Positions 10,782 to 18,897 of a DNA stretch of 59,879 bases are shown here, piece after piece. A program made the translations under genes and the position numbers. The stretch is from Bacteroidota bacterium (GTDB lineage Bacteria > Bacteroidota > Bacteroidia > AKYH767-A > OLB10). Location: contig JANNXV010000086.1 of assembly GCA_031409815.1 (NCBI GenBank), positions 1 to 59,879 of the forward strand, given 5' to 3'. Under the pieces are notes generated by a model that was given only the letters and a program-made list of their open reading frames with translations, did no database searches and had not been told where the DNA came from. The stretch's first letter is position 1. Each line of letters opens with the position of its first letter.

Positions 10782-13067
10782 TTAATAAAGCGCTCTTTTG
10801 TTAAACAATATATATCCTAAATGGAATATTAATGAGAATGGTTTTTCGCGTTGATCGTAATAGTTCAGGCTTAAACTTACCGGCCCGATAGGAGAATTAT
10901 AAACTGCATTGGCAGTGCCAATAAAATATCTTTTACTAAAGAGTTCTCCATAGTAAGCCTTGTTTAATTCGTCAGGCAATATTTCCTTAAAGGGTTGAAA
11001 CATATATCCTTCAAGCCTGAAATCAACAGAATTGCTAATGGCAAGTATTGTTTTTAATCCAAGTCCAGTAAAATTATGTGCTCTAAAATTGTCGAGAAAC
11101 AGCGTTTTGGTTTCTTGCAGCGGATAAAAGGCTGGAGCAGCCAAAATGCTTGCTGTATAATTAGAAAAGAAAGGCTGTCCACTTAGTGTAAGTTCACCAT
11201 AAAAGCCAATCTTGAATTTCCAGAGGTGGGTGAAATAATTATCATATACAATGCTTCCCTGAAAGTACTCATGATTAACGGTAACTGTATCACGAATTGC
11301 ATTTGTTGATCCCGGAATTGTGCTTTCCTGGCCGGTAACATAACGCACATGAACATTAAGATAAGTGCCGCTATTGGGATACATTTTTCGGTTTAAAGTA
11401 CTTCTTTCAAATTCCAGTATTGCACTGATACCTTCAAAATTGGTAACGTCATTGGTGTCGCTTTGTGTGAATTGACTGGTTTGATAATATCTATTCTTAA
11501 GCTTAAACCATGAAGCGCCACCTATCACTTTTGCTTGATTTCCGGCCGGAACACCAAGATTTAATGCATAGCTTCTGTCGAATTGAATAAGATAAGCAGG
11601 TTTAATATCATTAAAAAAAGTAGTGCTGCTTTTGTAAAAATCCCATTGGTTTAAAGTAGCAGAAGGCTCCATAAAGAAAGGTAAACGGCCCGGCACATCA
11701 ATTCTGATTTTGGCTTGACTGGAATTATACAATTTACCAAAGTAAACATTACCAGTTAATTTATAACTCAATCGCCTCCAGTAATTATATTGAAATCCCA
11801 CAAAACCGGTATTAATTGGTCTTGATGAAAAATTTCCACCAAAATCGACAGTTAAACCTTTGGTGCTTTTTACATCAAGATGTAAATCATAATTACGCGA
11901 ATCCGGATTGTATAATAAGTGAGGAAACAGATATCGAATATTATCATCTGCAGCCAGTTTGAAATATGCTTTGCGCAATTCTAATAACGTAATACAATTG
12001 TTATTAGGATTTAATATTTTGCGGATATATGTTGCTTTTTCGTGGCTTATACCATGAACATAAATCTGATCAACAATAACCTCATCGGTGGTTGTTCTAA
12101 AAAATTTTCTCCGTTCTTCAAGACGAACCATGTCAGCATTTTTTTTGGTTCTTTGTTTAATGGATTCAATCATTCTAACAGTGGTTGCGTATCCACTATC
12201 AATAGCAGGTTTGATTCTGTCATAATCAAACGAACTCATGTATTTTACATCAGGCTCAATTAAAATATCAGATTCTCTAGGTACTTCATAAACCGTTGTT
12301 TGATATAACAATGTCCGAATCTGTGTAAGAAAATTTCCTTCAGAAGGGATATCAGGCAAACCTGCCGCATTTACCCCGATTATAACATCCGGATGGTAAT
12401 CTTTTTGCATTATATCAACTGGAAAGTTATTGTAGATGCCACCATCAAACAAGATTTTATTATCGAACAAAACCGGTGCGTAATAAAATGGGAATGCCAT
12501 TGAAGCGCGCACTGCCATTGCCAAATCACCATTACGAAATACAATAGCTTGTTTGTTTGTAATATCAGCTGCAACGCATCTAAAAGGGACCACTAAACTG
12601 TCGAAATTATAACCCGACTTCATGGAAGGCTCAGCCATGCGTTCAGCTAAAGTAAAATCTATTTCTGCCGGATTTACAACATTACTTGGGAGTTGAGTTC
12701 GTAAAATAGAATCGAGTACAAATTTTACTGTTACCCATGATGCATCTGGAGGATTCCTTTTAAAATAATAAGTGTCTTCTTCGTCAAAGATGCCGCTTGC
12801 CATTTTGATAAAATTTTTATCGGTAACGATACGCTCCATTTCTTGCGGAGTGTAGCCCATAGCATACAAGCTGCCGATATAGGCCCCGGCTGAAGTTCCA
12901 GTGATGTAGTCAATTGGAATATGATTTTCTTCGAGTGCTTTGATAACACCAATATGAGCCATTGCACGCATGCCTCCACCACTCAACACTAAACCAACTT
13001 TTTGTGCTGTACAATATATGGTGATAGTGCAAAATACAAGCAACAACAAAAAACGTTTTGAAAACAT
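10782..13067 (-). CDS. Patatin-like phospholipase with POTRA and Omp85-like barrel (PlpD-type)
   Basis: LVLSGGGMRAMAHIG, GTSAG nucleophile elbow, DGG motif; C-terminal amphipathic strands ending SPIGPVSLSLNY...HLGY. Confidence 0.88.
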   Translation of the reverse strand: MFSKRFLLLLVFCTITIYCTAQKVGLVLSGGGMRAMAHIGVIKALEENHIPIDYITGTSAGAYIGSLYAMGYTPQEMERIVTDKNFIKMASGIFDEEDTYYFKRNPPDASWVTVKFVLDSILRTQLPSNVVNPAEIDFTLAERMAEPSMKSGYNFDSLVVPFRCVAADITNKQAIVFRNGDLAMAVRASMAFPFYYAPVLFDNKILFDGGIYNNFPVDIMQKDYHPDVIIGVNAAGLPDIPSEGNFLTQIRTLLYQTTVYEVPRESDILIEPDVKYMSSFDYDRIKPAIDSGYATTVRMIESIKQRTKKNADMVRLEERRKFFRTTTDEVIVDQIYVHGISHEKATYIRKILNPNNNCITLLELRKAYFKLAADDNIRYLFPHLLYNPDSRNYDLHLDVKSTKGLTVDFGGNFSSRPINTGFVGFQYNYWRRLSYKLTGNVYFGKLYNSSQAKIRIDVPGRLPFFMEPSATLNQWDFYKSSTTFFNDIKPAYLIQFDRSYALNLGVPAGNQAKVIGGASWFKLKNRYYQTSQFTQSDTNDVTNFEGISAILEFERSTLNRKMYPNSGTYLNVHVRYVTGQESTIPGSTNAIRDTVTVNHEYFQGSIVYDNYFTHLWKFKIGFYGELTLSGQPFFSNYTASILAAPAFYPLQETKTLFLDNFRAHNFTGLGLKTILAISNSVDFRLEGYMFQPFKEILPDELNKAYYGELFSKRYFIGTANAVYNSPIGPVSLSLNYYDQREKPFSLIFHLGYILFNKRALY

Positions 13068-13105
13068 AGATCAGTGTGAAGCAAAACAAAAATAGAGCAA
13101 AACAA

Positions 13106-13876
13106 TCATAAGTTTTTTCGCAGACTGGTGAAGTAGGAGGGAGCTTTCAATAATCTTGAACCATACCACGAAAACATTTCTCCATCTACAAGTACTACTT
13201 TTGATTGAGGACAGATAATCCGATATTGTTCAAAGTGTTTTTCTTTAAAAGGAAATGGTTCGCTTGATAACAAAATAAATTCGGGGTTTAATTTTTTTAT
13301 GTCTGCTTCGATAATTTCAGGGTATCGCTTGTAATTGGAAAAGACGTTTATGAAGCCGGCATATTTCATCATCTCATTAATAAAAGTATCGCCACCAATG
13401 GTCATCATCGGCTCCTGCCAAATTAAATAGGCTGCACTGGCTGTAGAGGTGGTTTTAATTTTTACGAATTGGTTGCTGATTCCTGAAATAATCGAAGCAG
13501 CTTTTTCAGAACGATTGGTAATTAACCCGATTTGTTCAATCATCCAATAAGCATCAGCTAAGGTTGCTATGTCACTGATCCAAACCGGAAACTCATTCAT
13601 CAAAATTTCGAGTTGTACTTGGTTGTTCTCTTCTTTGTTTGCTATAATTAAATCAGGCTTAAGGCTACGAATGAGTTCTAAATTTAATTGTTTTGTTCCG
13701 CCAACTCTCTTTTTGTTCCTAAACCATTCTTGTGGGTGTATACAAAACTTAGTGATGCCAACAACTTCTTTATCCAAACCTAAATCGAAAAGCAACTCAG
13801 TTTGTGAAGGAACAAGTGTTATTATTCTTTTGGGAGTTTTATTTAACTCAACAATTCTGCCTATTTGATCCTTCAT
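13106..13876 (-). CDS. Helical-backbone metal receptor / BtuF-like substrate-binding protein
   Basis: PKRIITLVPSQTELL, VGITKFCIHP, LKPDLIIANKEEN, LSSEPFPF, VDGEMFSWYGSR. Confidence 0.85.
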   Translation of the reverse strand: MKDQIGRIVELNKTPKRIITLVPSQTELLFDLGLDKEVVGITKFCIHPQEWFRNKKRVGGTKQLNLELIRSLKPDLIIANKEENNQVQLEILMNEFPVWISDIATLADAYWMIEQIGLITNRSEKAASIISGISNQFVKIKTTSTASAAYLIWQEPMMTIGGDTFINEMMKYAGFINVFSNYKRYPEIIEADIKKLNPEFILLSSEPFPFKEKHFEQYRIICPQSKVVLVDGEMFSWYGSRLLKAPSYFTSLRKNL

Positions 13877-13887
13877 TGGTAATTGGA

Positions 13888-13990
13888 GTTATGAAGTGAT
13901 GAAGCGATTAAGTGATGAAGAAAATAGTTGTTGATGATTCCAGTAATTATAAAATCAGCACATTAGCACATCAAATAATCCGCACATCGC
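13888..13990. repeat. Degenerate 8-nt tandem repeats in the intergenic spacer
   Basis: gttatgaa-gtgatgaa-gcgattaa-gtgatgaa and atcagcac-attagcac-atcaaata-atccgcac. Confidence 0.6.
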
Positions 13991-15355
13991 TCATCTTGCC
14001 ATCACATCCACAATGTCGTAACGAGTGATGATGTAATTTTTATCGAGTTTAAAATCTTTAACCAGCACCGCATCTTTGTCTTTGCTCATCATTTTTGAAA
14101 TTACTTCAATGGGTGTAGTAATATCTACAAAAGGTAGTGCTTCGGTCATGATGGATTCTACGGGTTGTTTTTTTATTTCAGGATTTTCTAAAATCTTATT
14201 GAAAACCAATTGTTCGTTTACCGCACCTAAAATTCTGTTATCAGAAGTTACTGGTAATTGTGAGAAATTGTTTTCAGTAATTAATTTTAAAGCATTTGCA
14301 ATGGTGTCTTTTTTGTCAATGGTAATCAACTCAATATTTTTTCGAGATGCAACAATATCCTGAGCAGTAAAACCCTTTTTATTTATATATCCCATTTTGA
14401 GCATCCACTCATCGTTAAATATTTTTGCCAGATAACGTGTTCCATGATCATGAAAAATAACCACCACCACATCGTCTTTGGTCAGCTTATCCTTTAGTTG
14501 CAACAATCCTGCAATGGCAGAACCTGCTGAATTACCCACCCATATTCCTTCCAGCTTTACAATTTCACGAGTCATCAAAGCGGCATCCTTATCAGTTACT
14601 TTCTCAAAATGATCGATTACTGAAAAATCGTAATTTTTAGGGATAAAGTCTTCACCGATTCCTTCGGTTACATAAGGATATATTTCGTTTTTTTCCAATA
14701 CTCCTGTTTCGTGATATTTTTTTAATGCAGATCCATAAGTATCAATAGCCCAAACTTTAATATTTGGATTTTTTTCTTTTAAGTACATACCAGTTCCGGT
14801 AATGGTGCCGCCTGTTCCGGCTCCAACAATTAGATGTGTTATTTTACCTTCTGTTTGTTCCCAAATTTCGGGCCCGGTTTGTTCATAATGTGCTTGTCGA
14901 TTGCTTAGGTTATCGTATTGGTTTGGGTAAAACGAATTGGGGATTTCTTTGCTCAAACGCGCTGAAACCGAATAATAGGAACGCGGATCTTCAGGTTCAA
15001 CGTTTGTGGGACAAACAATAACATCAGCGCCAAATGCACGCATGGCATCCACTTTTTCTTTCGATTGTTTATCGGTGGTAGTAAATATGCATTTGTAGCC
15101 TTTAACGATAGCAGCAATGGCAAGCCCCATACCGGTATTGCCGGATGTTCCTTCAATAATAGTGCCTCCCGGTTTGAGTTTTCCGGCTTTCTCAGCGTCT
15201 TCAATCATTTTAACTGCCATGCGATCTTTAATGGAGTTGCCCGGATTTACGGTTTCTACTTTTGCAAGTACCAATGCCGGTATATCACCAATTACTTTAT
15301 TGAGTTTTACCATTGGTGTGTGACCAATCGTTTCCAGAATGTTTTTGCTGTACAT
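13991..15355 (-). CDS. Cystathionine beta-synthase family PLP enzyme with C-terminal CBS domains
   Basis: NPGNSIKDR (PLP lysine), EGTSGNTG, GTGGT; C-terminal FSQLPV CBS pair. Start taken at MYSKNIL. Confidence 0.9.
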   Translation of the reverse strand: MYSKNILETIGHTPMVKLNKVIGDIPALVLAKVETVNPGNSIKDRMAVKMIEDAEKAGKLKPGGTIIEGTSGNTGMGLAIAAIVKGYKCIFTTTDKQSKEKVDAMRAFGADVIVCPTNVEPEDPRSYYSVSARLSKEIPNSFYPNQYDNLSNRQAHYEQTGPEIWEQTEGKITHLIVGAGTGGTITGTGMYLKEKNPNIKVWAIDTYGSALKKYHETGVLEKNEIYPYVTEGIGEDFIPKNYDFSVIDHFEKVTDKDAALMTREIVKLEGIWVGNSAGSAIAGLLQLKDKLTKDDVVVVIFHDHGTRYLAKIFNDEWMLKMGYINKKGFTAQDIVASRKNIELITIDKKDTIANALKLITENNFSQLPVTSDNRILGAVNEQLVFNKILENPEIKKQPVESIMTEALPFVDITTPIEVISKMMSKDKDAVLVKDFKLDKNYIITRYDIVDVMAR

Positions 15356-15389
15356 ATTTAAAAATTTTTGCAGGTGCGAAGGTAACAAA

Positions 15390-15463
15390 AAGCAGCAGGA
15401 GGAAGCAGACAGTAGCAGGAAAAAGGTTGCCCATCTTATTTATTCTGCTGCCACTTGCCACTT
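15390..15463. repeat. Degenerate ~7-nt repeat arrays in the intergenic spacer
   Basis: agcagca-ggaggaa-gcagaca-gtagca versus ctgc-tgccact-tgccact. Confidence 0.45.
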
Positions 15464-15931
15464 TTAAACATGATGATAACTTTCATTTCTTAGAATGGTC
15501 ATTGCTCTATAAAGCTGCTCACTAAAAATCAATCTTGCCATCTCGTGGGTAAAAGTCATTTTTGATAATGTGAGAATGGCGTTTGCTCGATCTCTAATGG
15601 TTTGGTCAAAACCATAAGCGCCACCAATAACGAAAACAATTGTACGTGGATTTTTATTGATCATTTGCTGTATCCATTCTGCAAATTTCACCGAAGTAAA
15701 ATCTTTTCCTTTCTCATCCAGCAACACTACAAAATCGGTAGGTTTCAGTTGCTTCAACATCAAATCATTTTCTGCTTTTCGTTGTGCTTCAAAATTTCCC
15801 TGCACTTTTAAATCCTTTAACTCCTCATACGCAATAGGTAAATAATGCTGTAGTCTTTTCAGGTAAAGCTGAATCCCTTCATTGATAAATGACATTTTTG
15901 TTTTTCCGGGAGAAATTATTTTTATGGTCAT
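15464..15931 (-). CDS. rlmH: 23S rRNA (pseudouridine1915-N3)-methyltransferase
   Basis: LLDEKGK, FVIGGAYG, LSKMTFTHEMARL, EQLYRAMTI...YHH. Confidence 0.95.
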   Translation of the reverse strand: MTIKIISPGKTKMSFINEGIQLYLKRLQHYLPIAYEELKDLKVQGNFEAQRKAENDLMLKQLKPTDFVVLLDEKGKDFTSVKFAEWIQQMINKNPRTIVFVIGGAYGFDQTIRDRANAILTLSKMTFTHEMARLIFSEQLYRAMTILRNESYHHV

Positions 15932-15938
15932 TTGTGTT

Positions 15939-15981
15939 TGGGTAATTGGGTGATTAAGGTAATTGGCTAATTAAGTTAATC
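15939..15981. repeat. Degenerate 8-9-nt tandem repeats between divergent rlmH and engB
   Basis: ggtaattg-ggtgatta-aggtaattg-gctaatta-agttaatc. Confidence 0.5.
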
Positions 15982-16037
15982 GTGTGGATTTGTAACATTC
16001 GTATCTGATTCGTTAATTAGTAACCTATTTTTACCGC

Positions 16038-16637
16038 ATGAATATTTCAACCGCTGAGTTTCTGTGCAGCAATACAAAGATGGAAAAGCTTCCCGAAGGG
16101 CCGTTCCCTGAGTTTGCTTTTATTGGCCGTTCCAACGTTGGTAAGAGTTCTTTGATCAATATGCTCACAAGAAGGAAAGGTTTAGCTAAGATTTCGAATA
16201 CACCCGGTAAAACACAAACTATTAATCATTTTATTATTAATAATAGTTGGTATATGGTGGATTTGCCGGGCTACGGCTTTGCAAAAGTAGCGCAAACAAC
16301 ACGCGCCAATTGGGAGCAAATGATTAGTCAATATTTGCAACAACGCATCAACCTGATGTGTGTGTTTGTTTTGATTGATATCAGACTTACTCCTCAAAAA
16401 TCTGACATTGCTTTTATTAATCGTTTAGGTGAATTGGCAATCGCATTTAGTATTATTTTTACTAAAGCTGATAAATTGCCAAAGGCAAAAATTCCATTTC
16501 AAGTTGCAGAATATAACAAAACATTGCTCGAACATTGGGAGGAGTTGCCAAAGCAATTTATTACCTCGTCAGAGAAATCAACCGGCCGCGAAGATTTATT
16601 GGATTATATTGATGCCATCAGTAAGAATTATAGTTAA
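16038..16637 (+). CDS. engB: Ribosome biogenesis GTPase YihA/YsxC (EngB)
   Basis: GRSNVGKSS, PGKTQ, DLPGYG, TKADK G-motifs. Confidence 0.95.
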   Translation: MNISTAEFLCSNTKMEKLPEGPFPEFAFIGRSNVGKSSLINMLTRRKGLAKISNTPGKTQTINHFIINNSWYMVDLPGYGFAKVAQTTRANWEQMISQYLQQRINLMCVFVLIDIRLTPQKSDIAFINRLGELAIAFSIIFTKADKLPKAKIPFQVAEYNKTLLEHWEELPKQFITSSEKSTGREDLLDYIDAISKNYS

Positions 16638-16672
16638 GCATCGTGTTTTTTCTTTTTCAGGAACAAGATTTT

Positions 16673-17008
16673 TTATTGCAACACTTTCGTTTTCTCTCCA
16701 AATTGCTTAGCGAAATTTTTAAGCTCGTCAGCCATCAATTTATCGTTAGTGGCACGCAAATAGGTGTCGGCCATGCTTGCCAGTGTTTCATAAAAGAAGA
16801 ATTGCATTTCTTCAACCATCATTTCGTTGGTCCATAAATCAATTCGCATGGTGCTTTTTTCTTTCTTATCCCACAATGCCAGCAACATGCTTTTCGATTC
16901 GTGCAAACCATCTACACCACTATCGTCAGCTTTCCAATGTATGGCTATTGGTTGTTTGGTTTCATCTAAGGTAATTGATAATTTAATTTCAGATTTCTTT
17001 GATTCCAT
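16673..17008 (-). CDS. gldC: Gliding motility protein GldC
   Basis: SEIKLSITLDE, MLLALWD, MRIDLWT.EM..EEM..FF; adjacent to gldB. Confidence 0.92.
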   Translation of the reverse strand: MESKKSEIKLSITLDETKQPIAIHWKADDSGVDGLHESKSMLLALWDKKEKSTMRIDLWTNEMMVEEMQFFFYETLASMADTYLRATNDKLMADELKNFAKQFGEKTKVLQ

Positions 17009-17012
17009 TATG

Positions 17013-18047
17013 CTATTTTTTCGGTTTATATTTTGAATTATTTAAAATGTTCTGTGCGTCATTGTTCAACAACAACTGTTCGAGGGTTATGTTGCCGTTC
17101 TCTTGCATGTAAGACTGAATTATTCTCCAACCAATATAACAGCCCAACTTAGCAGGTGCTTCTTTTGGGAAACCATTTGTTGAATTACCATCATTGATAA
17201 ATTTCATGAAAATCCCCGGTGTTTTATTAAACAATAGTTTCTGCTCAATTAAAAACGACCAAACTTTTGCTTCATTATCATCGCACCATTGCAATTGATT
17301 TGCAGTATATCCTAAACGGATGGTGTCATTGATGTCAGGAGTGGTTAATTCAAGAAAATATAATAGCTTACCCTGATAAATCATGTTACTTAACATGTCA
17401 TTGGCTTGCTCATTTAACTCCCATTCACTTTGAAACCATCCTTTCATGCAATCGCTAACAATGTACTCTTCTCTAAACTTCTTAATCATATATTGAGGAA
17501 GCTCTAATGATGAATAGTATTTAAATTGAGTGCCTAGATACATGTCAAGACCAATACCAATGGTGCTGTCCATGGTCATCACATTATAATTAAATGGAGC
17601 AATATAGGTTATTGCATTTGGAATTGTTTTTTTAGGAAAATAATAAGAATAATGCTTAAAGGCGTCCTCAAGGTTGGATTTAATAGAACGTAGGTCTTTA
17701 TATTTTTTTTGCGATTCCAAGTACACTTCGCGTATATATTTATCTTTTGTATACTGGCTCATATTCAAAGCAAGCACTCCATCATTTACAGCAGGCAATT
17801 GAATCATTCTTGTGCAATACAAATCGAAAAAACTTCCATATTTAATGCGGGTTTGCTTCACAAATAAGGAATCTATTGTGTCGGCTGAAAATAATTCCTG
17901 TTCAAATCGATCCAATCGTATATTAATTTTCTTTTCAGAAACATCTATTCTTTGATTGGTAGGACTAGTGCAACCAGAAATTAGTGCTAGAAGCACAAAT
18001 AGTTCGAGTATATTTATTTTTTTTGCAATTAATTTTATGATTAACAT
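17013..18047 (-). CDS. gldB: Gliding motility lipoprotein GldB
   Basis: Lipobox ISGC; RFEQELF, IGIGLDMYLG, MIYQGKLLY, NEAKVW.FLIE, GWRII..YM, SKYKPKK. Start moved to ATG at 18047 to avoid overlap with the divergent gene. Confidence 0.88.
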   Translation of the reverse strand: MLIIKLIAKKINILELFVLLALISGCTSPTNQRIDVSEKKINIRLDRFEQELFSADTIDSLFVKQTRIKYGSFFDLYCTRMIQLPAVNDGVLALNMSQYTKDKYIREVYLESQKKYKDLRSIKSNLEDAFKHYSYYFPKKTIPNAITYIAPFNYNVMTMDSTIGIGLDMYLGTQFKYYSSLELPQYMIKKFREEYIVSDCMKGWFQSEWELNEQANDMLSNMIYQGKLLYFLELTTPDINDTIRLGYTANQLQWCDDNEAKVWSFLIEQKLLFNKTPGIFMKFINDGNSTNGFPKEAPAKLGCYIGWRIIQSYMQENGNITLEQLLLNNDAQNILNNSKYKPKK

Positions 18048-18069
18048 TGCACACTTAAATTTAAAAAAT

Positions 18070-18726
18070 ATGAACCGAATCATCCTGTTAATTTCTTTCT
18101 GTTTTTTTGGAACTTCAATTGCCTCAGCGCAAAAATTTCATTTTGGACTTAAGGCATCACCCAATTTATCCTGGTTTAGTTCCAGTTCCAAAGGTTTTAG
18201 TACGAGCGGCTCAAAAGTAGGTTTTTCTTATGGTATTGTTACTGAATTTGGTTTTACTGATGCAGAAAATTACGCTTTTGCAACCGGTCTTGAATTTAAC
18301 AGTCGCGGAGCAACATTGACTGATAATACGGTGCCCGCTATTCCAGTCGAAAACGAAATTAAACTTCAATACCTCGATATTCCATTGACTCTAAAAATGA
18401 AAACGGCTGCTAAAGGCAAAATAAAATACTTTGCGCAAGTGGGTTTCGTTCCCGGATTTAATATAAAAGCAAGAACAACCACAACAACACCAACTACTTC
18501 AGAAGAGGATGATTTTAGCAGTAGCATAAATTTATTTGATCTTTCTTTTTTAATTGGTGGAGGACTTGAATACAATTTGGGTGGAACTACCGCTGGCTTT
18601 GTATCACTTACCTTTAATAATGGCTTCTTGGATATTACTGACAAAGACTATTCGGTTGCTGATAAATCAAGTTCTGTTAAAGCAACCAATAAGGTGGTAA
18701 CATTGAATATAGGTATATTGTTTTAG
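18070..18726 (+). CDS. PorT-like outer-membrane beta-barrel protein
   Basis: Signal peptide MNRIILL...ASA; FGLKASPNLSW, LQYLDIPLTLKMKT, GGGLEY; terminal strand LNIGILF. Confidence 0.85.
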   Translation: MNRIILLISFCFFGTSIASAQKFHFGLKASPNLSWFSSSSKGFSTSGSKVGFSYGIVTEFGFTDAENYAFATGLEFNSRGATLTDNTVPAIPVENEIKLQYLDIPLTLKMKTAAKGKIKYFAQVGFVPGFNIKARTTTTTPTTSEEDDFSSSINLFDLSFLIGGGLEYNLGGTTAGFVSLTFNNGFLDITDKDYSVADKSSSVKATNKVVTLNIGILF

Positions 18727-18741
18727 TATTCATAATTCTAA

Positions 18742-18822
18742 AGGTTGTTCAACCTTATAAAATCAGGAGAGGCCAATGCGATTTCTAATTTCATGGCATT
18801 GAACCTGGGTGTGTTTTTTTAA
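18742..18822 (+). pseudogene. In-frame relic of a second PorT-like C-terminus
   Basis: In the frame of the upstream gene, after three stops: RLFNLIKSGEANAISNFMALNLGVFF*, aligning with the real end KATNKVVTLNIGILF*. Confidence 0.6.
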
Positions 18823-18839
18823 GAAATAATTTGATTACA

Positions 18840-18873
18840 AAAAAAGGGTTGCTCAATTGAGCAACCCTTTTTT
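18840..18873. terminator. Bidirectional terminator; perfect 34-bp palindrome
   Basis: aaaaaagggttgctcaa|ttgagcaaccctttttt between convergent genes. Confidence 0.85.
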
Positions 18874-18897
18874 GCAATTATTTTTATGAAGTAAATA

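Noticed and set aside
13877-13990. Possible cobalamin riboswitch upstream of the BtuF-like gene
   Set aside because: Spacer is short, filled with octamer repeats and lacks a B12-box
17956-18083. Apparent 128-bp head-to-head overlap of gldB and the barrel gene
   Set aside because: Artefact of longest-ORF starts; signal peptides point to ATGs at 18047 and 18070
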